The position numbers and the translations under genes were made by a program. DNA of 64,000 bases from Paraphysomonas bandaiensis (Eukaryota > Protista > Chrysophyceae), in contig CBFFRP010000475.1 of assembly GCA_965644295.1 (NCBI GenBank), forward strand, positions 62,001-126,000. The letters run 5' to 3'. Under the pieces are notes generated by a model. It did no database searches, was not told where the DNA came from, and saw only the letters and a program-made list of their open reading frames with translations. Numbering within the stretch: position 1 is the stretch's first letter; the number at the start of each line of letters is the position of its first letter. Below are positions 1 through 11,200 of this stretch, piece by piece.

Positions 1-1306
1 CCACACTTGTGATATGAATCTCTGATCCCTTCTTAGAGCCGTTTATCACCTTTGATGTATTCATATGAGTGTCAAGCATGGTCACATCATTCATCAAGAA
101 CATTGATGATGAACAGCAGGTGTCAATATATGTATAATGCATGTCATCATTTACACTACATATATTCGTTTCATGTATATTGCATGACAATTTCATAACA
201 TCCTCGATCATATTTGCTTCATCTTCATCAGAGAATTCTGCTGGTTCTCCACGCCGTATATTCTCTACTGTCAGCAGCCTTTTGTCCGGCTTTCTACCAT
301 GATTCTTCCCTTTCTCTCCTCTTCTAGAATGCTTTTTCTTCGTCGTTGGACAATCAGCAGCAAGATGTTCCAGAGACTTGCAATTTCTGCATCCCGTGTA
401 CTCAGCACTTCCAGGACGCTGCCCTGATATCTCTCCATCCTTCTTCCTCTGCTTCCTCCTGCACTGTTCAGTTGAATGGCTATGAGGAATTCCTTCTTTC
501 CTGCAATATCTACAGTTGCCCTTCTTACGCTTATCCCGTTCCGTTCGAGACCGTTTGCTCTTTTCAATGAAGTTCAGCTCCTCCACCTTCTTGCGTTTCC
601 GCTCTAACGCAATCCTTCCAGGAATGGTATCATCATACCGTTCTATCTTCCTTGATAATGTTGCATAATCAACATCATCAGGCATCAAATACAAAGCAAC
701 ATTCAGAGGAGCATATTCTTCATTCAACAGACCTTCTCGTAACCGTGTTATTTTTGAGAGCTCCGATATGTCCTGCTGCTGCTCCTGTAGCTCTTTCAGC
801 AGTATTTCAAACCGTATTATATAGTCCTTCGCAGTCTCCTCCGGACGCATACGGAAAGATCCATACTGAGTCAACAGCTCACTGATCTTGTTTTGCTTCC
901 CTCCAGCAAAGCACTTCTTCAACTCATCAATCATAATATGCGCCTTAAACCTGTTGCTTCCTGTTCCATCAGCCTTGAACCCTTTATGTAAAAGATGGAA
1001 TTTCTGAAGCGCCTTCGAAGATGATTGCACTGCCTCTCTGCAGTACGAATACGCTATGGCATTCGCCTTCCAGTACTTCTTCACAGCCTGTCTGTAAGAC
1101 TTCTCCTCCATTAACGTGAGTGGCTGTTCCCCGAAGTCGCTCTCCTTCGGTGGTGGCTCCACAGCTACTTCACTTTGCTCTTTCCTCATGAGGAATGTTT
1201 CGAAGTCCTCAATCCATTGTTCAACATTGCTCTCATTAAACTGTGGCACTACTCCTCTATCCTCCTTCTCTCCTCCTCGCTCGCTACCATGTTGAGAAAC
1301 GCTCAT
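1..1306 (-). CDS. Ty1/copia LTR-retrotransposon gag-pol polyprotein, 5' part; runs off the left edge
   Basis: Hand translation from ATG at 1306 (MSVSQHGSERGGEKEDRGVVPQFNESNVEQWIEDFETFL...) stays open to base 1, which is why it is not in the ORF track. It has a gag-like helical region, an atypical knuckle CRYCRKEGIPHSHSTEQC, a canonical CX2CX4HX4C knuckle CRNCKSLEHLAADC, then a protease-like YIDTCCSS motif. Confidence 0.85.
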   Translation of the reverse strand, partial: MSVSQHGSERGGEKEDRGVVPQFNESNVEQWIEDFETFLMRKEQSEVAVEPPPKESDFGEQPLTLMEEKSYRQAVKKYWKANAIAYSYCREAVQSSSKALQKFHLLHKGFKADGTGSNRFKAHIMIDELKKCFAGGKQNKISELLTQYGSFRMRPEETAKDYIIRFEILLKELQEQQQDISELSKITRLREGLLNEEYAPLNVALYLMPDDVDYATLSRKIERYDDTIPGRIALERKRKKVEELNFIEKSKRSRTERDKRKKGNCRYCRKEGIPHSHSTEQCRRKQRKKDGEISGQRPGSAEYTGCRNCKSLEHLAADCPTTKKKHSRRGEKGKNHGRKPDKRLLTVENIRRGEPAEFSDEDEANMIEDVMKLSCNIHETNICSVNDDMHYTYIDTCCSSSMFLMNDVTMLDTHMNTSKVINGSKKGSEIHITSV

Positions 1307-1680
1307 TCTACACTAGATCACATAGAGAATTTGTCGTAAGACTAGATAGATTTATTAGTATCGTTTACACGAAGTTGTGATAACCAACACTAACTCATTA
1401 TAATCCCTGCATAATATCCTACATATGCGAACCTCTCGTTACTGAACATATCTTGAAAGGTCAACCTATTTCAGTTTCTCAATATCATCACAGCATTTGT
1501 ACATCACTATATTTCACTGTATTCTCGTACATTGTCTTCAAGTGACATACTGAATATACTAGAATAAGATCCATATTCTAATAATGGCAATAATAATGAT
1601 ATTCAACCTATGTTGCACAGATAGTATGTACAAACTTAAGCATATACAATACAGAGCTCATGTAGTATAGAATAACCTGA
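1..1680 (-). mobile_element. Copia-type LTR retrotransposon, 5' portion (5' UTR plus gag-pol); LTR boundary not resolved
   Basis: gag-pol ORF plus an upstream leader that has a homologous inverted copy at 15339-15563. The right boundary is approximate. Confidence 0.6.
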
Positions 1681-1743
1681 TAGCAGGTTATTACAAGCAT
1701 GCAGAATTTTGATATACCTGACATCTGCTGACTTCAGGTTTTT

Positions 1744-1821
1744 TGAGTCCTTAAGGTGAACATCCTGGATGCTTGACTTCAACAGGCAGCCCAATACCCC
1801 GGTTACCCTTCAGGTGGGCCC
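1744..1821. repeat. Dispersed repeat fragment (about 78 bp), also at 44575-44652
   Basis: tgagtccttaaggtgaacatcctggatgcttgacttcaacaggcagcccaataccccggttacccttcaggtgggccc versus tgagttcttaaggtgaacatcccggatgcttgacttcagcaggcagcacaataccccggttacccttcaggtgggccc. Confidence 0.85.
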
Positions 1822-2283
1822 TGTACGTTACATTACTTATCAAACTGAAATAGCTCATGGAACATGTAACTGCTTGAAATCAATAAAAAAGTAATTGATA
1901 AGAATGTGCCGTCAATATAACAATCAATCATGAGAAAGTTTGTCGTAAATTGTCATACCTAAATATAACTACATCAATATTATGATGACTCTATTCGGTA
2001 CTTTAATTATAAGATATGTAACTGACATTATTTTCTACCCATGAACTAAAAAGTGCACCATTGCAATAGCATCCTTAAACCACATAATTCCATACCATTG
2101 CGTACAGAGCACAACCACAAAAAACACAATAGTGAATTTTCCAGTACCACAGTACAGTCATTTCCTTACATAAAACAAGCACTGCTACCGCGGAAACTGT
2201 CAAAAGACCTCCAGGAGAGCTGGTTAGTCTACAACGACGACTAACGTCAATTAAACTTCAGCAATAGTTTTTCCAGATGAGCT

Positions 2284-5200
2284 CTAGTTGTCATCACTCT
2301 CACAATGAGAGTCAACCGCGACTACATGCTGAGATACATGGCACAAAAAGTCATCATCTTCCCACTGAAGATCCGCCATGACATCGCGGAAACCCTCCAC
2401 CTCTGACTCATTCTCAGTTGCCACAGTGGCATTCTCTCCACTATTCGAATAGCTATCTATCGTCGCGATTGCGTCTTTACCGAGTACCCATGCATCAGTA
2501 ACAGGCCTCTGGTTCACAAATTCACCCGACGGATAATTTGATCCATCAAAATCAATTTTCCCGTGATCGTAAGTAAACTCGCCAGCATTCGACCCTCTCA
2601 CACAGTGTGTTGACATACCGACCTGCTTGTGGCTTTCTTGGATTTCTCTCGAACTTCTAACATGTAGTAGCTTTTGCAACCACTCCGACATGATCCGGTC
2701 ATCAAAATCTGAGCCATCTACCGCACCAGGCCATCGCAACCCATTCTGCAGCATGCATATCGAATCAGGATCATATTCATCACTATCCTCCCACGACACA
2801 TGTCCATCTTGCACTGCTCTAATATCAGATGGAGCTGCCGAACACTCACTCGAATGTACATGTGCATGATCGTCACCTACAACTATCCTCATATATCCCG
2901 TGCATTCATCCTCACAGGTTGAAAGTGACGAACATCTCGGCATCCGTGTAGTTACCGGGTTCGACGGAGGACGGGGCTCTTTCTGTACCGTACTGATATT
3001 ACTCACCTCTCGCGTACCTTCGAAATCGTTCTCGGTTTTAGCAGGATGCACAAGACGGGATGAAATACTCTCGCTGGATGGAAGCGAGCCTGCAAAATCT
3101 AATCGAGTTGACCCTCTTCCAGAGATCGTCAAAAAATGAAGTACGATCGCAACAGTCACACATGGAACAAAGGCTAACACTGGATTCAGCCTGAAAAGTT
3201 GTACATGTAAGACAACTATATAACCCAACCCAAATGTACTAACAATCTCCAGGGCCATGTCTTGAATCGGTTCAGGCAGCTCAATCATACTCGTAACCGC
3301 AAATAACAGCACTCTACTAAAGGCTTGGGTCAAAAACTGAAATTTCGTATCATAATTACGCTCCATCGATCGGGCCTTGGTCTTCACTGATTTCTTCGGC
3401 CACGGAGTAGAATATTGCATAATTAGTCTACTCTCTGGAAGATTCGGATACAATGACGCCAATCTAACGGAGGGGTAAAGATACCTAGCAGCGTTGAATT
3501 CGTCATCAGAAGGACTCAAAAGAGAAGTACAATTTTTCGAATTTTGTTTGAATGAAACTATATCATGAGTCACTTTCTTTTTAATCTTTATGACATCTTT
3601 CATTGTCATAAAGGGAATGGCAATATGTTGAATAATTACCATACCGGTACATACAAGTGTTATATTAAATATAAGCCACACAACAAAACTGTAAAACCAA
3701 GCCTTCTGTCGAGTTTCTGTTTGTCGCATTGCAAACAAGTATATATACAGTAACATCGCAGCCGCCACCACAGTCAAAAAAATCCATGTGCAAACTTTCG
3801 CAAATAATGTGGCCCTTCTCTTGGGGGCACTATCACGGCGATCTTTAGCATCCAGTATCTGACCATTTGCACTGTCCATAAGATCCTTGATAAAGAGGTA
3901 AACTAACCTCTTGTTCTTATTTTCTCTATTTATACTTATATTGCCAAAATATAAAGATTCGCGCTGTACAAGCTTACGAACATTACTCAACTCGGAGAGG
4001 ATCATCGCTTGTCCAGAGTTTTCGGAATGACCAGTAAAACAAAAGAATAATTTCGTCAGCTTCAAAATCATGCTATTTTTGACGTCAGCAGTCAGTTCTT
4101 CGCCCCAAACACCTACAAACATAAGCACAATCAACAAAATATACACCACGCCAAGAAAAAAACTTACAATCAAACTCCTCCCGCTCAGAATCCGTTAGTG
4201 TACTTCGAAATCGTCTGATATCGTTCAAAAGACGGGCAAAATCCTCATGAAGAGTAGAGTCACATACATAACCAGAAATTTCAACCTTAGGAACAGTGCC
4301 ATTATATGATGTCGAACTCTCAATATGTGCTGAGTCACAACTGTCTCCACGCTCCAGTGAGCTAACTCTCGACAATTGTCTTCTCCGCTTTGATATTCCC
4401 TCCTGTCTTGTCTCAGCCGACAATATGAACATAATTAGACTTTGAAATGATATCGCTATCGGTGTACTGATGACTGCTGCAAATAGTGCTACCATGAGGA
4501 CACGCTCTAAGTCGTTACTTATCGGTCGAATGTAGCAACTGTCTTCCGCAGCATCCCAATAACACTTACTCTCACTTCTAGACAAAGATGACTTCTCTTT
4601 CAAGCACTCTTCACTGTTAGTGTAGGTTTCACACGAACCATCATCAGGATCAGCGATGTCATATGTGATGGCCTCAATGAAGAGCATCGTGAGAATGTTC
4701 ATTAGGAGAGACATGATACGGATAGGACGTGAATATGTCGGAGAATAATGACATACCACTCCGATCCAGCGGTGATATATCTGCACTTCATTCGACACTT
4801 TCTTCCAGAGTGGAACTCGTCTCAATACCATCGGAAGTGCATCTTCAATCATCTGAACATCTTTACTACTACCAGAATTTTGAACTCTCACTTGCGCCAA
4901 CTTTGCCCTACCAACTTGCGGCTGTACAGTTGCATTACTGACAGACCGAAACACACGTGCCATTATCGCATCCGTTAAGGAAGTTGGTTTTGTTATTAGC
5001 TGTCGACCACTTCTACTGCTACTGGGAGTAACTCTATTACTTCGTGATAAAAGCGATGACATCTTGTGAATGTTTTCTCTTTCTATACTCTTCATAGAAT
5101 CCTTTTCAGTGGCTTTATCATGATTGTCCAAGTGATAGGCACCTACAACAGAGAATATTCCGAAAAGACCTATGAACCCAACCGTGAGTAGAACACGAAT

Positions 5201-8200
5201 ACTTCCCACAACATCATGGCCACTCAAATCATCTACACTTGTCCATGTATCCACAAACTCAATCAATATAGAACGACTCACTGAAGCAAAGTCAACAGAC
5301 ACCGCACTGTCGTCAGATGACTCTGATTCCTGCATTCGTCGTCGCTGCCTCTCCAAAGGAAGCGTACATTCACATGTTATATTGGAGCCAGTATATTCTA
5401 TCAAAGAGCATGATACACTGTCGTCTCCAATAACATCACACGTAACTGAGAAATCATGAACAGGGCATGAACGGGATACAGTTCCTGATGAAGACCCGTT
5501 ACATGATAGAGTGATAATATCTCCTGCTGGACATTCGTACTCCTGCGATATCAGTTCTCCTTTCTCACAATCTAAATAGAGAGTATCGATATCACTGCCA
5601 TCAGACACATGGTTCTCGGGGATGCTCTTCACATTTTGTAAAACAACAGTCACGTTACACGCATCAAACGAAGACGTATTGCAGGGGGACTCATCAAAGC
5701 GAAGACCAAAAGGAACACTTAAAGTATATGTATCATTACTGAAGTGAGACACCAAGGATTCAACAACAGCAACTTTAAACGCAGTTTGATACGCACTCTG
5801 AGGTACCACTGCAGTCTGAGAGCTCGAGCCTACCAAATCTTCAAGAATCGTTCGAGGTGAGGTAACAGTCGAATTGCGCCGGCCATCTAATGACAAACAT
5901 GAAAAGCGAAACAAATTATTCACTACATCAATTGAGTTCTGTCCTTCAACCATATCCAGCAAAATGAAGTCGTAATAGGCTTGATATAACACAAAGGATG
6001 TTCCCCCGACTGATGGGTCGGCATCAAGAACTAAGTCTAGAACAGTGCTCACTGCAGTGATGTCTTCATAAGACAAGCCAAGGTCAACTGCATCTGCAAT
6101 GAACTCCACTGCCATAGATGCTACCAAATCTTTCGTTTTATCCTCAATACCACTTGGATCGCTGCATATTGAGGCCAAACCTTCTATCCAAGAGACAAGA
6201 GTATCTGCTGACGGATCTTCCAGAAGCGACACACTACGAATCGCTTCCGCAAGCTGATGTCGTGTTTGTAAAGTCTGATTAAATTCATCTACGCTGTACT
6301 CACACGAATGACCAGTGAAGCCATCGTAACAAGCACAGATGGCTTTACAGTGAACACTCAACACATTGCAAGTGGTGTACGTGACATTGGCGTCGTATAC
6401 AGACACATATTGGCAATACCCAGAATACGAACAATCTCCTGGACAGTCCTTAGGCATGACAACACATACATTGGAATCGCACACTTCCCACTGCGTAGAG
6501 TCACAGTCACTGTTTCGGGTGCACGATGTCGGATTTGACGATCCCATTGAAAGGCGTCTTCTCGTATCATCGCTCAAGTGTAAACAGTACGTATTCGCAT
6601 GACCACTTTCTCCAGCGTACCCTTCCAAACACTCTCCACATGTACTCGCAGTTGTCGTGCAGTCAAATCTATTCAGAATAGTACAGTTAGGCGCGGAAGA
6701 GCAATTCACACTGTTTAAAATTGAGGCTGTGGTTGCAATAGCTTTTTTCATCTCATCAGCATAGCCATTGGAGTTTGCAAGGGCATCTGTGAGATAGTTT
6801 TGTTTGTCCTCTGCAGAAAGTTCCTGCATCTTTACCTCCACAGAGCTATAGGAAGCAATCTTGGCATCAAGAATGTCAAAAACTTGCAATCTCGTGCTAA
6901 GCATGAAATCCGCAGAATCCTTCCCCGCAGGCAAATCTGTAGACACATAAGAGAGCTCCAACCGAGACCGGTGAACAAGATATGCTCCAGATGAGCCTTG
7001 ATATGCGAATTCGTAAGATAACGGAATATCAGAATCTTCCCACTTAGAAGCTGAAAATGTGAATTCCGTGACAAGCATGGTCCCTGTAGATGGTGAAACA
7101 GAGTAGCTACCCGGATATGGAGGAGAATTGGTCGATATCGTAATGGCAGCAGTTGCAGAGTACCCCGTGTCTAGGCTGCATGCAAGTTGGAAGCTAAACT
7201 TCGACTCCTGGGGTAAAGTGTTTGGTGGTAACACCAGACTCAATGTATACACTTCCCGAGAAGACGCGGGGGTTGCTATCGCTTTCGTCACTTCGGACAG
7301 TGAAACCGATTGCAGATGTATTGATGGGTCGTCAACAGACCAAGTTGCTGTACCACCAGCGGCAACTTCCACGGTGGCAAGTAGTTTGAACTTCTGAGAG
7401 GGATTGATTCGAGTCCCGCTTGAAGATAAAAGTGTCACCAATGGGGCCAGTGATGGAAGTACAGTGATTATAACTGTTGCAGTGGAAGATCGAAAATCTT
7501 TCGTGTGAACAACTTTCACTGTCAGCTGGTGCACGCTATCAATCCTCTCATCGCTGGAATTCTGAGGTACAGATACTGACACCTGTGATGGTGAAATAGC
7601 TGATATAACCAGGTCGCTGTTGGCTTTGTATGACGGATAGGTTTGTGCACAGCTGAAGGCAAACGACAATCCAGCACCGACACCTGTGGCTTCGTTATTA
7701 TCTTCATCGTAGCTACCAGACGCATCCACATTTACTGAGCTATCCGTTCGAACACCCCTACTAGATGATCCAGACACCTTCGCAACGACCAACCCTTTGA
7801 CCACTGTCACAGAAACCGAGGCAGAGGAATACTTCAACGACTCCGTGTGTTGTGCTGTCAGGGTTACAGTATACACAGTCCCCACTTCCAGAGTGTAAGG
7901 CAACAACTTGAACGTCCGCGGGTCGCTCGATTGAGAAACTAAGCTGAGAGGGGCCCCTTGTGCAAATATTTTCCAAGAATATTGCATATTCGCAGTGCTG
8001 GTCGCCCCACCACATACGGAGGTGTACGCTTGACCAGTGACTGATAGCGACGAATATCTGTACTGCAACCTCAGCTTCTTAGAATTCAAAGATACTACAG
8101 GAACATTCTCAGATGAAGAAACAACAAAAGAGTGCGTTGACCTCCCACAACCACCGATAAAATTGCACATAACTACTGTAATACTGTATGCGAATCCTGG

Positions 8201-11200
8201 ATACAGTAAGGCCTGTGGCACTGTTAAGACGCCTGATGCTTCGTAATTGGCGTTTAAATAGGTAGTGACCAAGGAAACATTCTCGTGAATTCCATAAACA
8301 TTAAACGACACATTCACAAAGGAGCGCCCTCCAGAACCCTTGGATCCAGAAATATCTAGGGGTAGTGAGTCACATGGCCCGATCTGAGAAGGCGATATAA
8401 TCGATAATGTGGGAACAAGAGGCGTTTGCGGAGCATGTATTCTGATAGAGGTCAATGAATTAAACTGCCACGTACTACACGCAGGACCGTTATTTAGCAC
8501 TTTACATTTAGCTCGAATCTTATTCGCTTGCAGTGTAATTACATCAGACACACCAACAACTCCACTCGCCCCAGGATATATCGACACTCTTGAATCATCA
8601 ACCCATAAACATCTCGTGTCCTTCTGAATACCCGGAAACGAAAACACATCAATGCAGTTGAAATTATTGGTATATCCTGCACGATTGGTGGGTGCATCAA
8701 ACAGCAGTGTTATCTTAGTTCCATCATTAGAAAACGTCGCAGACATCAATACTGGAACCGCGGGTTCCGTATCAGCAGCAAGCACAGTGATAAAACTTGC
8801 AGGAGTATAGGAAATGACATAATCATTTGCTGATAATCCCGACATTGTAAATGCCAAGTTATACACACCAGCGTTCTGGCGAATATACGCCACATACTCA
8901 ACAGTAGATGAAGTGAAAACCACAGACGATGGGACAAACGGATATACTGTTGAGTTTTGAAAGGCAGCCAACGATACATTCAAGTCATTGGGTACTACAT
9001 CACCAGCATCGAGCTTCAATGCAACTGCCGTGTCTTCTCCACTCGAGTACGAAGTCGCAATCAATTCAACTTTTAAGGTTCGGCAGCATGCCGTCCTTGC
9101 CGCTGATTTGGTCCCACGCATTAGATCATAATCCATTGGTGTATCTAGTGCAGAGTACGTAGCACAGTATACATCATAATCTGAAGACGCAATTAAACCC
9201 TCGATGATAAATGATACAGTCGTGGAAGTTATCGATATCAAATCATTGCGAAGAAGAAGAGTATCAACAGTAGACGGAACAAATGAATCCGATGCTAGGT
9301 ACGCTGAGCAAACGAGAGATCCTTCCGGTACATCGACAGCCACTGTGGCTGTAATCGAGTTAGTTGTGCTGGATACAGTTACGCTCAATATATCAGATGC
9401 CACTGATAACTCGGTAAATTCTATCTGCAATATGTTTAATATCGTAGGAAACAGGGGGGTTTCAACCTCATTACATGGACTATCGTATATGATCGCAGAT
9501 GGTTTAACAGTTGATGGCGTGCATGGAGAGGCGGTACAGTTCGCACACAGGAATGCAGAAGTCAGGCTCCCACAACGGCCCACCATCCAACTCGTATCAT
9601 GACACTTGAAAGATATGGATGAAGACACGGTTGCCTTGGACACTGACATAAGTGTAGTCACAATATCAGCAGCAGTTGCACTATCGTTACAAGTCACAGT
9701 CACTGATTCCAGGTCAGCTGAATAGTCTACTGTCGATATCATACTGAGAGTAGAAGCTGTATAGGTAATCAACGCTGTCGCAATATCGTCATTGACGAAA
9801 ACTTCCCACTCGCCACATGTGCCATACCCGCGTTCACCTTTGACTACTAAGCTCGCAAATGTACTTCTCGCTCCCAGATCAATGCCATTGATATATGCAT
9901 CATATTTCTCTTTCCACAGAGTCATGAATGATATCGACGGAGATAGAGAAGGTACAAGTGTAGGACTCATGGAGAGTGTTGGTGGTAAAGTTGGATAGTG
10001 AGTAACTGTAGGAACTGGCGCGCATGTTGGTCGGTATGTTGGAAATGATGTCGGTACCTTAGTAGGAATATTAGTTGGTGAAGATGTAGGAAGTCTTGTA
10101 GGCTGTCCAGAAGGTTCGCCAGTGGGTTGCCCAGTAGGTTCCCCTGAAGGCTGAGAAGAAGGTTGGCCCGTAGGTTGGCCTGTAGGTTCAATAGAGGGCT
10201 GACTAGTAGGCTGTCCTGTTGGTTCCCCTGAGGGCTGACCAGTAGGTTTGCTAGTGGGTTGCCCTGAAGGCCGAGCACTCGGTAATGCAGAAGGTTCACC
10301 AGTGGGTTGGCCAGTGGGTTCCCCTGAAGGCTGACCAGTAGGCTGTCCAGAAGGTTCACCTGTGGGTCGGCCTGTAGGTTCCCCTGAAGGCTGACAAGAA
10401 GGTTTATTTGTGGGTTGACCAGTGGGTTCCCCAGAAGGTTCAGCAGTGGGCTGTCCTGAAGGTTGACCAGAAGGTTTACCAGTGGGTTCCCCAGAAGGCT
10501 GTCCAGAAGGATGTCCTGTAGGTTTCCCTGATGGTTGACCAGAAGGTTCACGTGTGGGTTGGCCTGTAGGTTCCGCAGAGGGCTTACTAGTAGGTTGTCC
10601 AGAAGGTTGCCCTGAAGGCTGACCAGTTGGCTCTCCAGAAGGTTCTCCAGTGGGTTGTCCAGTAGGTTCCCCTGAGGGCTGCTCAGTAGGTTCGCCAGTG
10701 GGATGGCCAGTAGGCTCCCCAGAAGGTTGACCAGTGGGTTGCCCAGTAGGTTCCCGTGAAGGCTGACCAGAAGGTTGGCCCGTAGGTTCCACAGAGGGCT
10801 GACTAGTAGGTTGTCCTGTTGGTTCCCCAGAAGGCTGAGCACTGGGTAGTCCGGAAGGTTGACCAGTGGGTTGGCCAGTAGGCTCCCCAGTAGGATTACC
10901 AGTGGGTTGTCCTGTAGGCTCCAATGAAGGCTGAGAAGAAGGTTCCCCTGAAGGTTGGCCAGTGGGTTCCCCTGAAGGCTGAACACTTGGTAGTCCAGAA
11001 GGTTCCCCTGAGGGGTGACCAGTAGGCTGTCCAGAAGGTTCACCAGTGGGTTGACCAGTAGGCTTCCCAGAAGGATTACCAGTGGGTTGCCCAGTAGGTT
11101 CCCGTGAAGGCTGAGAAGAAGGATGGCCTGTAGGTTCCGCAGAGGGCTGACTAGTAGGTTGTACAGTAGGTTCCCCTGAAGGGTGACCAGTAGGCTGTCC

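Noticed and set aside
2284-4173. The 629/584/607-aa ORFs as separate genes, or as products of programmed frameshifting
   Set aside because: A canonical 55-nt GT-AG intron joins each to the upstream ORF in frame. Their apparent hydrophobic N-terminus is intron sequence read from a TTG.
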